The translations under genes were made by a program, and so were the position numbers. The notes under the pieces were generated by a model that had not been told where the DNA came from, ran no database searches, and saw only the letters and a program-made list of their open reading frames with translations. 53,254 nt of DNA from a virus. Its lineage: Duplodnaviria; Heunggongvirae; Uroviricota; Caudoviricetes. Shown here in pieces: positions 36,476 to 45,133 of this stretch. How positions within the stretch are numbered: the stretch's first letter is position 1; every line of letters begins with the position of its first letter. The DNA is taken from positions 1-53,254 of the IMG/VR virus record IMGVR_UViG_2563366998_000011; one strand, written 5' to 3'.

Positions 36476-37183
36476 GTGAATACTATGATCCATGTTCGTA
36501 CAGGACAATTTGCTGCCGTGGTGAACGGTAAGCGCTATGAGTTTAATCCTTGCTTTGCTGCGATGGCTAAAATCGGCAACGATAGTGAGCTTGTCGAATA
36601 TTTCGCACTTATCCACGGCGGCAAATATCCATCACGATTGCCAGCAGATCCAGACCTACGCAATCGCATTCTGGCGCGGTGTTATGGTGAAATAGTTCAG
36701 ACATCAATGCACATCCTGAAATGTTGCTCAGACGACGAAATAGGCCCGTTATTGGGCGAATGCTGGTTTACTCCTTCGGGTAAGTTAAAGTTAAAGCCCG
36801 GATTAATGCCGATCGAGGATATCATCACGCTTGCGCAGCACTGCATGTACCACGGTCTTATTGGTGATGGCCCGGAAGAAGAGTCCGGGGAAATTCCGGA
36901 AGGGGAATATAAGCCGACTTTTAACGTCCTTGAATTCGTCTATTCTGCCGTTGCTCACCTGGGCTTGTCAGAATCGGAAGCATGGAATATGACAATGACC
37001 GGATATAGGGCCGCTGTACGCGCTAAAACGCCGCCAGACGAAAGAAACGAGAAAAGCAAGCCAAACATTCACATAAATAAACGTGCTTATGACGAGCAAA
37101 TGGAGGCCGCTAAAAAGGCACTAGAAAGAATGAAAAATCGTGAGCAAGAAAAGCCCGGTAGATCCGGGCGTTTTGCTAATTGA
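36476..37183 (+). CDS. Tail assembly chaperone (putative)
   Basis: 235 aa; position upstream of tape measure. Confidence 0.45.
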   Translation: MNTMIHVRTGQFAAVVNGKRYEFNPCFAAMAKIGNDSELVEYFALIHGGKYPSRLPADPDLRNRILARCYGEIVQTSMHILKCCSDDEIGPLLGECWFTPSGKLKLKPGLMPIEDIITLAQHCMYHGLIGDGPEEESGEIPEGEYKPTFNVLEFVYSAVAHLGLSESEAWNMTMTGYRAAVRAKTPPDERNEKSKPNIHINKRAYDEQMEAAKKALERMKNREQEKPGRSGRFAN

Positions 37184-37550
37184 AATCTTTAATTGCTGTA
37201 CCTGGTGAACTGTGTGTGATTGTATTGTATACAGACTTTGCCTTACTGCGATCTTTCCATTCTTTTAGGATGCAGTTATCAAACTTTGCGATAACCCTTG
37301 AAGGGGATAATTCTTCAACATCCATGTAAGTAAATCCTATCGTGCTGGTTACTGAATACCATACGTGATAACTATAATTACCGTCATGCTCGATTCTTTG
37401 TGGTTCCCCCATTATTTTATTCACTTGCTCACAAGTCATTCCAACTTGCAAATTTTTATCAGCTAACTTAACGAAATCAGTTGATCTTGCGCACCCTGTA
37501 AGAGCTAAAGCCATAACACCAATGAGAACCGCTTTGATTATTTTTTTCAT
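37176..37550 (-). CDS. Lipoprotein (antisense moron in tail cluster)
   Basis: 124 aa; signal peptide and lipobox LTGC; opposite strand to tail genes. Confidence 0.7.
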   Translation of the reverse strand: MKKIIKAVLIGVMALALTGCARSTDFVKLADKNLQVGMTCEQVNKIMGEPQRIEHDGNYSYHVWYSVTSTIGFTYMDVEELSPSRVIAKFDNCILKEWKDRSKAKSVYNTITHSSPGTAIKDFN

Positions 37551-37560
37551 GATTTACCCC

Positions 37561-38220
37561 TTAATTCCAGTTGCAAGCGTTTTTCACTTTGTCGATGTGG
37601 TTATAAAGACCATCAATGTTAAACACTGCTTTCTCAATGTCGCCAGCTTCCGGCACTACTTCAATGATGAATTGTTTTTCGTTAACCAGTTTTTTAATCA
37701 TTGGGATGGCTTTTTTGCCGTCCCATAATCCAAGAGCTTTATAATTAGTTGACCGCCACCACTCAGTAGCTACAGCTTTGTGAACGCCGATCCGGTAGTT
37801 AATATAAGTAGTGTCCCCGGCGTCAGTTACATGGTGTGACCATGCTACGAACATTTTTGTTTTATTACCCTGGCAAGCGATTGTTAATACCGGTTTATTC
37901 TTATCCTGTGCCTTCAGTGTCGGGAAAGCATCAAGACTTCCGCTGAATTGTTCTGCTTTCACAAAAAGGAATACGTTTTTTGCGTCCTGCATATCATCTT
38001 TTCTTTCAACTACAAGCCACTGTTTACCAGCATTTTCTTTTTCTAACTGTGCATCGTATGCGGCTTGTTTTGCTTGTTGTTCTGCAAGCCATTTAGCATT
38101 TTTCTCTGCTAATGCTTGTTGCTCTTGATTGGTCACTATAGGCGCTTTTTCATTATCCTCATTGCAACCAACCAGACCCAATACCGCCGCAATCATTGCC
38201 ACTTTTGCTAACCGTTTCAT
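37561..38220 (-). CDS. Lipoprotein (antisense moron in tail cluster)
   Basis: 219 aa; signal peptide and lipobox LVGC. Confidence 0.7.
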   Translation of the reverse strand: MKRLAKVAMIAAVLGLVGCNEDNEKAPIVTNQEQQALAEKNAKWLAEQQAKQAAYDAQLEKENAGKQWLVVERKDDMQDAKNVFLFVKAEQFSGSLDAFPTLKAQDKNKPVLTIACQGNKTKMFVAWSHHVTDAGDTTYINYRIGVHKAVATEWWRSTNYKALGLWDGKKAIPMIKKLVNEKQFIIEVVPEAGDIEKAVFNIDGLYNHIDKVKNACNWN

Positions 38221-38347
38221 AACCCACCACGCTAACTTGATTTACTGACCATTCCCTTTAGCTTCCTTATACAAAATGGAGTCGTTGAAGTAAAGCCATT
38301 TTGTATAAAATAGATACACAGATCACATTTTTGCATGAGGTTAAATC

Positions 38348-40690
38348 ATGGCTACCAGTGTAGGTACAATTTATTACGAAGTTGATGCGAAAACTGGTCA
38401 ACTTCTCGTTGCACAACGACAGGCAGACCAGGCCTTTGATCGTATAGAGCGCGGCGCAAAACAGGCTGACCGCCAGGTAAACACCCTGAAAACATCCATC
38501 AAGGCACTGACCAGGGTTATCCATCTGCTAATTGCTGCGGAGGCTGTGCGCCAATTTATGGATATGGCGGAGCAAGCAAAAATGCTTCGCGTAAAAATCA
38601 AAATGCTTACGGGCGATGCGGAGTCCGCCGGACGGGTTTTCGACGGCCTGAAAGCAATATCCAGGGAGACGGGGCAGAGCCTGAAAGATACTGGCGAATT
38701 ATGGCAAGGCCTGGCTATCTCACTAAAAAACACCTCCGCTACGGAAGGGCAATTGCTTAACCTGGTTGGCACTATTCAGAAAATGGGTGCATTAGGCGGC
38801 GCGTCAGCGGAACAGATGTCTAACTCAATGCGTCAATTCCGTCAGTCTATCGACGGCGGTGTTCTTCGTGCCGAAGAATTTAACAGCCTGCTTGAAAATA
38901 CGCCGACCATCGTACAAACAATGGCCCGCCATATGGGATTATCAATGGGCCAGTTCCGCGCCGAAATGCTGGACGGCAAGATCACGGCTGAAAGGATGGT
39001 TAACGCAATACAGGCGGCTACGCAGGAAACAAACGATAAGTTTGCTCAGTTGCCGCGCACATCCGGCATGGCTATCAATGAGCTTAAAGTAGAAATTATG
39101 GGCCTTGTTGAGCAGTTGGATGATCTTTTTGGCGTGTCAGATGGCGTTGTTTCAGCTATCGACTTGATCACGAAAGGCGTTAAAGGGCTTGGCGATGGCG
39201 CTAAATTCGCTAAAACCTGCTTCGACACACTCAAAACGGCTGGTAGCGAATTTATCGACATGTTTGATGATGTGGCTGTTAAGGCTGGAGAGGTGGCAGA
39301 GAAGATCATCGCAATGGTGACGCCAATCAAGGCGCTAATGGATGGCTATAAATGGATGAAGGAGGTAGTAGGAGAGCAAACCGACGAATATAACAGCAAC
39401 TACGAGAAGAAATACGGGAAGACCGTTGGCAAGGTCATGCAACTACAGGATGATCTGACCGCAGCAATCCAGGCTACAGAAGAAGCAAGGAAAAATGAAC
39501 AGAATGCTGCCAATGACGGAGCGATTACCGGATTCGACAAGCCAGTAGACAAGCCGAAAAAACAGAAAAAAGAGAAGAAATCGGAAGCTGATCGGCTTGG
39601 TGACAAAGGTATAAGCGTTTCTGATCAGTACAACAAAGACGCCGCCGCCATGCGCAAAGCGTTGGAGAACGGCAAGGCCATTGATGCTGCATTTGCCCAG
39701 GGTAAAATCACGCTCCTTGAGTACCGCGCCGCGCAAAAAGGGATCGGCAAGGAACTGAAAGAAGAATTAGCACAAATTCCGGTAGATGAATTGCGTGATA
39801 AATGGTCACAAATAGTAAGCCCGATGGATCAGCTAAAAGGCGAAGTTGACCCCATCCAGCAGGCGCAAAATGAATGGGCCATCCGTAAGCAAATGCTTAT
39901 AGACCTGGGCGCTACTGAAGCGCAACAGAAACAGGAATTGTTAGCCTATGAGCAACAGATCCGCGATCTGAAATGGGAACAATGGCAGGCGCAAAGCGAC
40001 ACAAACGGCCTTATCGGTGATTGTGTTAATGGCCTTAAAGGCGGAATGAGTAATGCGCTTGTTGGCCTGTTAAACGGCACTCAATCATTGAGTGATGTTT
40101 TTGCTAACTTAGGAAGCAATATACTCGGCAATATCGGTAACAGACTCTCAGACATAGCTGCAAACTGGATAGCAGATCAGATCATGATGGAGACACAAAG
40201 CAAGGCCACGCAAACAAGTACAACAGCAAGCGCGGTAGCAGCTCAGGGAAGCATTGCTGCGGCGGCGGCCCCAGCAGCGGCGGCAACTGCGGCGTCAACT
40301 GGCGGTAGCTGGGCGGCGGCTGGTTCGGCGGCGCTCACTGCGATCATGTCGCTGGCTACGTCAATTTTCGGCGGCGGTCGCTTTAATGGTGGTAGCGTCA
40401 TTGGTGGTAATATGTACCGCGTAGGGGAACACAACAGGCCGGAGCTATTCCAGACATCTAACGGCAATCAATATATGATCCCTGGCGAGAACGGCAGAGT
40501 TATTCCGGGCCGTGATATTGGCGGCGGTGGCGGTATTAGTATGCCTGTCAGTATCAGCATTCAGACCACGAACGGATTCAGCGACGAAGACAGCCGCAGA
40601 CTTGAATTAACAATGGAACGTGTAGCCATGAAAATGATAACAAGGGAATCTCAAAGACCAGGCGGAATGTTGCAACCTCGCCGCAAATAA
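38348..40690 (+). CDS. H: Tail tape measure protein (lambda H-like)
   Basis: 780 aa; alpha-helical with Gly/Ala-rich C-terminal region; precedes M-L-K-I-J. Confidence 0.85.
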   Translation: MATSVGTIYYEVDAKTGQLLVAQRQADQAFDRIERGAKQADRQVNTLKTSIKALTRVIHLLIAAEAVRQFMDMAEQAKMLRVKIKMLTGDAESAGRVFDGLKAISRETGQSLKDTGELWQGLAISLKNTSATEGQLLNLVGTIQKMGALGGASAEQMSNSMRQFRQSIDGGVLRAEEFNSLLENTPTIVQTMARHMGLSMGQFRAEMLDGKITAERMVNAIQAATQETNDKFAQLPRTSGMAINELKVEIMGLVEQLDDLFGVSDGVVSAIDLITKGVKGLGDGAKFAKTCFDTLKTAGSEFIDMFDDVAVKAGEVAEKIIAMVTPIKALMDGYKWMKEVVGEQTDEYNSNYEKKYGKTVGKVMQLQDDLTAAIQATEEARKNEQNAANDGAITGFDKPVDKPKKQKKEKKSEADRLGDKGISVSDQYNKDAAAMRKALENGKAIDAAFAQGKITLLEYRAAQKGIGKELKEELAQIPVDELRDKWSQIVSPMDQLKGEVDPIQQAQNEWAIRKQMLIDLGATEAQQKQELLAYEQQIRDLKWEQWQAQSDTNGLIGDCVNGLKGGMSNALVGLLNGTQSLSDVFANLGSNILGNIGNRLSDIAANWIADQIMMETQSKATQTSTTASAVAAQGSIAAAAAPAAAATAASTGGSWAAAGSAALTAIMSLATSIFGGGRFNGGSVIGGNMYRVGEHNRPELFQTSNGNQYMIPGENGRVIPGRDIGGGGGISMPVSISIQTTNGFSDEDSRRLELTMERVAMKMITRESQRPGGMLQPRRK

Positions 40691-41400
40691 ACTAAACCCC
40701 GGTGCAATGCCGGGGTTATTTTTGTGCACAGAAAACCCCCAGCTAGGCTGGGGGTTCCGGAAAGCTTTCAGCTTTAAGCCAGTTATTAAAACCCCTTTTG
40801 ATTTGTTAAAACACCTTGCGGTCTGGCAACTGCAAGTGTCAAACAAGAAATCAAAAGGGGGTCCCAATGGGGAACGAAAAGAGCTTAGCGCACACCCGAT
40901 GGAACTGTAAATATCACATAGTTTTTGCGCCAAAATACCGAAGACAGGTGTTCTACAGAGAGAAGCGTAGAGCAATAGGCAGTATTTTGAGAAAGCTGTG
41001 TGAGTGGAAAAGTGTACGGATTCTGGAAGCTGAATGCTGTGCAGATCATATCCATATGCTTGTGGAGATCCCGCCCAAAATGAGCGTATCCGGGTTTATG
41101 GGATATCTGAAAGGGAAAAGCAGTCTGATGCTTTACGAGCAGTTTGGTGATTTGAAATTCAAATACAGGAACAGGGAGTTCTGGTGCAGAGGGTACTACG
41201 TCGATACAGTGGGTAAGAACACGGCGAAGATACAGGATTACATAAAGCACCAGCTTGAAGAGGATAAAATGGGAGAGCAGTTATCGATTCCCTATCCGGG
41301 CAGCCCGTTTACGGGCCGTAAGTAACGAAGTTGGATGCAAATGTCAGATCGTGTGCGCCTGTTAGGGCGCGGCTGGTAAGAGAGCCTTATAGGCGCATTT
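40691..41400 (+). mobile_element. IS200 insertion sequence (boundaries approximate)
   Basis: contains IS200-type tnpA; left-end hairpins at 40697-40715 and 40733-40756; about 0.7 kb; inserted between tape measure and gene M. Confidence 0.65.
40867..41325 (+). CDS. tnpA: IS200/IS605-family transposase TnpA
   Basis: ORF 40816..41325, likely start MGNEKSLAHTRWNCKYHIVF; HxH motif (HIHMLVEIPP) and catalytic Tyr region (GYYVDTVG); matches Salmonella IS200 TnpA as recalled. Confidence 0.9.
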   Translation: MGNEKSLAHTRWNCKYHIVFAPKYRRQVFYREKRRAIGSILRKLCEWKSVRILEAECCADHIHMLVEIPPKMSVSGFMGYLKGKSSLMLYEQFGDLKFKYRNREFWCRGYYVDTVGKNTAKIQDYIKHQLEEDKMGEQLSIPYPGSPFTGRK

Positions 41401-41425
41401 GAAAAACCTCCGGCTATGCCGGAGG
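41399..41425 (-). terminator. Minus-strand intrinsic terminator
   Basis: hairpin CCTCCGGCATAGCCGGAGG followed by TTTTTC on minus strand. Confidence 0.5.
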
Positions 41426-41488
41426 ATATTTATTTCGTATTTATAAACGACCATTCCGCGCGATATATCCCCTTTCGAATATCTCGAC

Positions 41489-41743
41489 TCACTTATGAGT
41501 GCCTTTCACGCCACATAACTTGTTATAGGCATGGTGCTCAACAATTAACCAAACCTTCAAATCTTCGCTAAACAGCCTCCAATCAAGATTGATATCCATT
41601 TTGTATCCGTAACCGTCGCGTAACTTTTTGGGGTAAACTTCTTTTCTCAGAAAGGCTTTAAGTAATTCCTTACCTTTCTTGATGATCCGGTCCTGTGCGT
41701 TTTTCTGTGCTTTCAGATTTCTGTCAATCGCTACCAGTTTCAT
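41489..41743 (-). CDS. Hypothetical protein, possible RelE/YafQ-like toxin
   Basis: 84 aa; basic; C-terminal ...VKGTHK loosely resembles the YafQ/RelE C-terminus; second gene of a two-gene antisense operon. Confidence 0.3.
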   Translation of the reverse strand: MKLVAIDRNLKAQKNAQDRIIKKGKELLKAFLRKEVYPKKLRDGYGYKMDINLDWRLFSEDLKVWLIVEHHAYNKLCGVKGTHK

Positions 41744-41760
41744 AACTCACCCCATCATCC

Positions 41761-41916
41761 TTAGTTAAGTGCCTTCAGGAAGAAGTCCCGGTATTCATCT
41801 TCTTTCGCATTCATCATGAATTGACCGTATTTGAATGCGTCGTCGAAACCCTTAACGATTGCTATTTCCACTTGTTCGAATGCGTTATTTAGCATTACTA
41901 CTACATAGCGTTTCAT
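41761..41916 (-). CDS. Small hypothetical protein (51 aa), possible antitoxin partner
   Basis: MKRYVVVMLNNAFEQ...; strong GAAGGAGG RBS; 18 nt upstream of the 84-aa gene. Confidence 0.35.
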   Translation of the reverse strand: MKRYVVVMLNNAFEQVEIAIVKGFDDAFKYGQFMMNAKEDEYRDFFLKALN

Positions 41917-42083
41917 TTTGGGCCTCCTTCGTTGGTACTACTTTCTTCTTGCTTTCTATATACATCTTGTTGCGTGCTATGTGAAGCCATTTTGTAAACT
42001 AGCTATAATCATTGTGACAATGATCTTATTTTTCGCGTAGAAGCGCGTAAAGATATATACAAAATGTAACTTGTGGGGGGTTT

Positions 42084-42437
42084 ATGCCGGAAGTGTTCAG
42101 ATGGACGCCGCAAAGAAGCTACAGCGTGACCAGGAAGCCAGACGTATCTGTTGTTAAGCTGGGCGATGGTTATGAGCAAAGACAGGTAAAAGGTATCAAT
42201 CCATTGCTTGATAGCTACACCCTGGTGTTTAAAGGCAGTAGCGCCGGATGTGGTGATGGTGGAAACGTAGCAATCCAGGCGGAAGCATTCTTGAGGGCGC
42301 GCGGCGCGGTCGAGGCTTTTTACTGGTCGCCGTCAATGGATAACGTGCAAAGGCTTTTTGTCTGTCGGCAATGGAGCATGACTAAAGACGGGCCTTTGTA
42401 CACGCTAAACGCAACGTTTGAGCAAGTTGTTGGCTAA
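42084..42437 (+). CDS. M: Minor tail protein M
   Basis: 117 aa; FRW...KLGDGYEQR...EAFL...WSP...FEQVVG matches lambda gpM. Confidence 0.85.
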   Translation: MPEVFRWTPQRSYSVTRKPDVSVVKLGDGYEQRQVKGINPLLDSYTLVFKGSSAGCGDGGNVAIQAEAFLRARGAVEAFYWSPSMDNVQRLFVCRQWSMTKDGPLYTLNATFEQVVG

Positions 42438-42634
42438 TGGGGGTTGTTATGTACGGGACTTGTGTAGTTGACAAAACTTACGCTTTTACATTGTTTGACG
42501 ACTATGAGATCAACGACCTTACTGTAAAAGCTGACAACGGCGATATATGGTATCTTCACGACGTTGGTGATGGGTACGTTGGGTGTAGATCCCGGGAAGG
42601 GAAGGAGGTTTTATTTTTGGTTGATGGCGTATAA
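42437..42634 (+). CDS. Hypothetical protein
   Basis: 65 aa ORF coupled to M stop; followed by terminator. Confidence 0.4.
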   Translation: MGVVMYGTCVVDKTYAFTLFDDYEINDLTVKADNGDIWYLHDVGDGYVGCRSREGKEVLFLVDGV

Positions 42635-42638
42635 ACAC

Positions 42639-42668
42639 GACCCCGCGCGAAGCGGGGTTATTTTTATT
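42639..42668 (+). terminator. Intrinsic terminator within tail cluster
   Basis: hairpin CCCCGC-GCGAA-GCGGGG followed by TTATTTTTATT. Confidence 0.55.
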
Positions 42669-42790
42669 CTATTTCCATTAATGCTATATTTTCTGCTATC
42701 GTTTTCCAGTCCAGATCTACAGCATGAACGCCAAATACTATCAACCACATTATTATTAGCGCCAAAACTTCTATTTTTATAATCAGTCAC

Positions 42791-43039
42791 CTATAAGTTA
42801 TCACGCAGATAATTAACGCCCTTATCAGTGACGAATGAATGGTTAACCTGGTTTTCATCCGTCATGATGATGAATAACTTTTCATGTAGGTATTTCGCTT
42901 TCGGGTACAGCGTTAAACAGACCTGGTACAGTATCCCGCGCTCAATCAGCAAATCAATAAATTCGTGTTCATGATAACCGATGAGGCGGGCGGCCTGTTT
43001 CAACGTGTACACATAATCACCGTGATTGCGCCGCCCCAT
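42791..43039 (-). CDS. Hypothetical protein (possible HTH), antisense moron
   Basis: 82 aa ORF on opposite strand between M and L. Confidence 0.4.
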   Translation of the reverse strand: MGRRNHGDYVYTLKQAARLIGYHEHEFIDLLIERGILYQVCLTLYPKAKYLHEKLFIIMTDENQVNHSFVTDKGVNYLRDNL

Positions 43040-43048
43040 GTTGCCGCC

Positions 43049-43396
43049 TTATTTATCGAATGCTGAAAGGTTATCGATACAGAAATCTTTCGCCGCTTTT
43101 TCGTATTCGCGTTTTGCTTCTGGATCGTCAGCCGGGAAACCTTTTGCGTGTATTTCACCAGGGCAAGACTGGTCCATAGAATCTGCATAATAAGCAGTGA
43201 AGCTACCATTAATATCTTTCGGGTTCATATCTTCCACCTCATCAACTATATGTACCGGATTAGCAGCATATTTCACTGGATGGCCTAAACTACATTCAAG
43301 AATCCTGCCTTCTTCCAGGGCTACTTCTTCGCTATCAAATAATCCGAAACACTCCTTGCTACCACTTAACCACACATCAAGACTGTATTTTTTCAT
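43049..43396 (-). CDS. Hypothetical protein, antisense moron
   Basis: ORF 43049..43498; likely start MKKYSLDV at 43396 with GAGG RBS. Confidence 0.4.
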   Translation of the reverse strand: MKKYSLDVWLSGSKECFGLFDSEEVALEEGRILECSLGHPVKYAANPVHIVDEVEDMNPKDINGSFTAYYADSMDQSCPGEIHAKGFPADDPEAKREYEKAAKDFCIDNLSAFDK

Positions 43397-43565
43397 TTTT
43401 GTTAGCCTCATATTTGACAGGTTCGATCTGGTATCCCAAAAGGCGGTCATCCTCAGCAAGTAAAAGCGCGTCAACCAATGCTTCACCCTCGTCGTCATAC
43501 AGGGCGATAACCTTTTCCCTACCGTCTGTCATGAATACCGTCAACTTCCATAGCTTTTCAGTCAT
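43377..43565 (-). CDS. Hypothetical protein (62 aa), antisense moron
   Basis: ORF 43377..43685; likely start MTEKLWK at 43565 with GGAGGTG RBS. Confidence 0.4.
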   Translation of the reverse strand: MTEKLWKLTVFMTDGREKVIALYDDEGEALVDALLLAEDDRLLGYQIEPVKYEANKNEKIQS

Positions 43566-43694
43566 AACGCACCTCCGCGCCATTTTGTTAACTATGCTTC
43601 CGTTTGAGTAAAATATACATATTGTAAAAACCGCGATCAATCCATTTTGGTATGATTTAGCGTGACGCAGATCACAGAATGACAAGGTGAGAAA

Positions 43695-44399
43695 ATGCGC
43701 AATATTCCGAGAGAAATGATTATTGATTCCGTCGATGCCGGAGTCGGCGCGGTAATTGACTTGTTTGAATTAGACCTCACGCCCCTGGGTGGCGAGGTTA
43801 TCCGCTTCCATTCCGGCGTGAATGGCTATTACGGCCCGGTTATCTGGAAGGGGGTGGCTTACAACAGCTACCCTATCGAGGCCACTGGCTTCGAAATGAA
43901 AAACGAGGGTGTCTATTCACGCCCGCAAATGGTTGTAGCCAACATTGGCGGCCTAATCACCGGGATGAATAACGATTTCAACGACCTGCGAGGAATGAAA
44001 GTTACACGCCGCCAGGTGGAAGTAAAATACCTGGACGCCATCAACTTCCCCAACGGCAACCCGGATGCAGATCCGTCTATCGAGGCGGTGTCTTTTTACG
44101 TCGTTGAGGCGATGAGCGAAGAAACAGCCGACCAGGTGCAATATGAGCTGTCAACGCCAATTGATGCTGACAAGGCGGTTATCCCAGGGCGCACAATCCT
44201 TGCTGACGTTTGCCAATGGCAATATCGCGGCGACGGTTGCGGATACAGTGGCGGCCCTGTAGCTACTGATAAAGACGAATCGACCAGCGATCCAAAGCTG
44301 GATAAATGCAGCCACCGCCTGAGCGGTTGCCGTTTACGTTTCCCGCGCCCGAATCCGTTACCAATTTCATGTTTCCCAGGATCGAGCAAGGTGGGTTGA
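43695..44399 (+). CDS. L: Minor tail protein L
   Basis: 234 aa; LDLT..GGE...WQG..Y..YPI...GFE ... FPGR...A..C.W.YRGD.CGYSG ... DKCS..LSGC matches lambda gpL. Confidence 0.9.
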   Translation: MRNIPREMIIDSVDAGVGAVIDLFELDLTPLGGEVIRFHSGVNGYYGPVIWKGVAYNSYPIEATGFEMKNEGVYSRPQMVVANIGGLITGMNNDFNDLRGMKVTRRQVEVKYLDAINFPNGNPDADPSIEAVSFYVVEAMSEETADQVQYELSTPIDADKAVIPGRTILADVCQWQYRGDGCGYSGGPVATDKDESTSDPKLDKCSHRLSGCRLRFPRPNPLPISCFPGSSKVG

Positions 44400-44401
44400 T
44401 T

Positions 44402-45133
44402 ATGGCACTTGAAGATAAAATGATTCGCTATGCAGCAGCCCACCCGCGCGAGGAAGTGTGCGGGCTGGTGATAGATAACGATTATTTTTACCCGTGCGCT
44501 AACGTGTCTGAAACGCCGCACAACAGCTTTAAAATCTCGCCTGACGATTATATCAAAGCTGACGAATTGGGCGTTATAACAGCCGTTTTCCACTCTCACG
44601 TTGAAGATATTCCGGTATTGTCGGCACGGGATCGACAACAGCAGGTTATTTCCGGCCTGCCGTGGTTTTTATGTTCCGGTGGCATGGTGAGGAAATTCCG
44701 CCCGGTGGCGCACCTGTTAGGCCGTAAATTTGAACACGGGAAAACAGATTGCTACTCGCTTTTTCGTGACGCCTATCACCTTTGCGGCGTGGATCTGCCT
44801 GACTTTGAACGCCACGATGGGTGGTGGCTGCGTGGGGAAAACCTGTACATAAAAAACCTGCCATTGAACGGGTTTTTCATGGTTGATGCGCAAAGCATTC
44901 AGCCTGGTGACGTGATTATTCGCCAGCCGTTCAAGGGTGCTGACCCATGTCACGCGATGATTTACCTGGGCGATAACACTGTTTTGCATCATGACAATGC
45001 CGGACTGCTAAGCCGCCGCGAGCAAATGCGGCCCGCGTATGTTCGACAAACGCATTCAATATGGAGATCTGACAAATGCTCAAATTTAGATTTACGGGCA
45101 ATCTTCGAAGATATTACGGCAAAGTGTGTTTAA
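44402..45133 (+). CDS. K: Tail assembly protein K (JAB/MPN plus NlpC/P60-like)
   Basis: ORF 44306..45133; start MALEDK at 44402 right after L stop; AVFHSHV MPN-type motif; position between L and I. Confidence 0.8.
   Translation: MALEDKMIRYAAAHPREEVCGLVIDNDYFYPCANVSETPHNSFKISPDDYIKADELGVITAVFHSHVEDIPVLSARDRQQQVISGLPWFLCSGGMVRKFRPVAHLLGRKFEHGKTDCYSLFRDAYHLCGVDLPDFERHDGWWLRGENLYIKNLPLNGFFMVDAQSIQPGDVIIRQPFKGADPCHAMIYLGDNTVLHHDNAGLLSRREQMRPAYVRQTHSIWRSDKCSNLDLRAIFEDITAKCV

Noticed and set aside
36476-37183. Programmed -1 frameshift (G/GT-type) in the tail chaperone gene
   Set aside because: No canonical slippery heptamer identified near the 3' end by inspection, and downstream sequence is occupied by an antisense lipoprotein gene; left as a single ORF.
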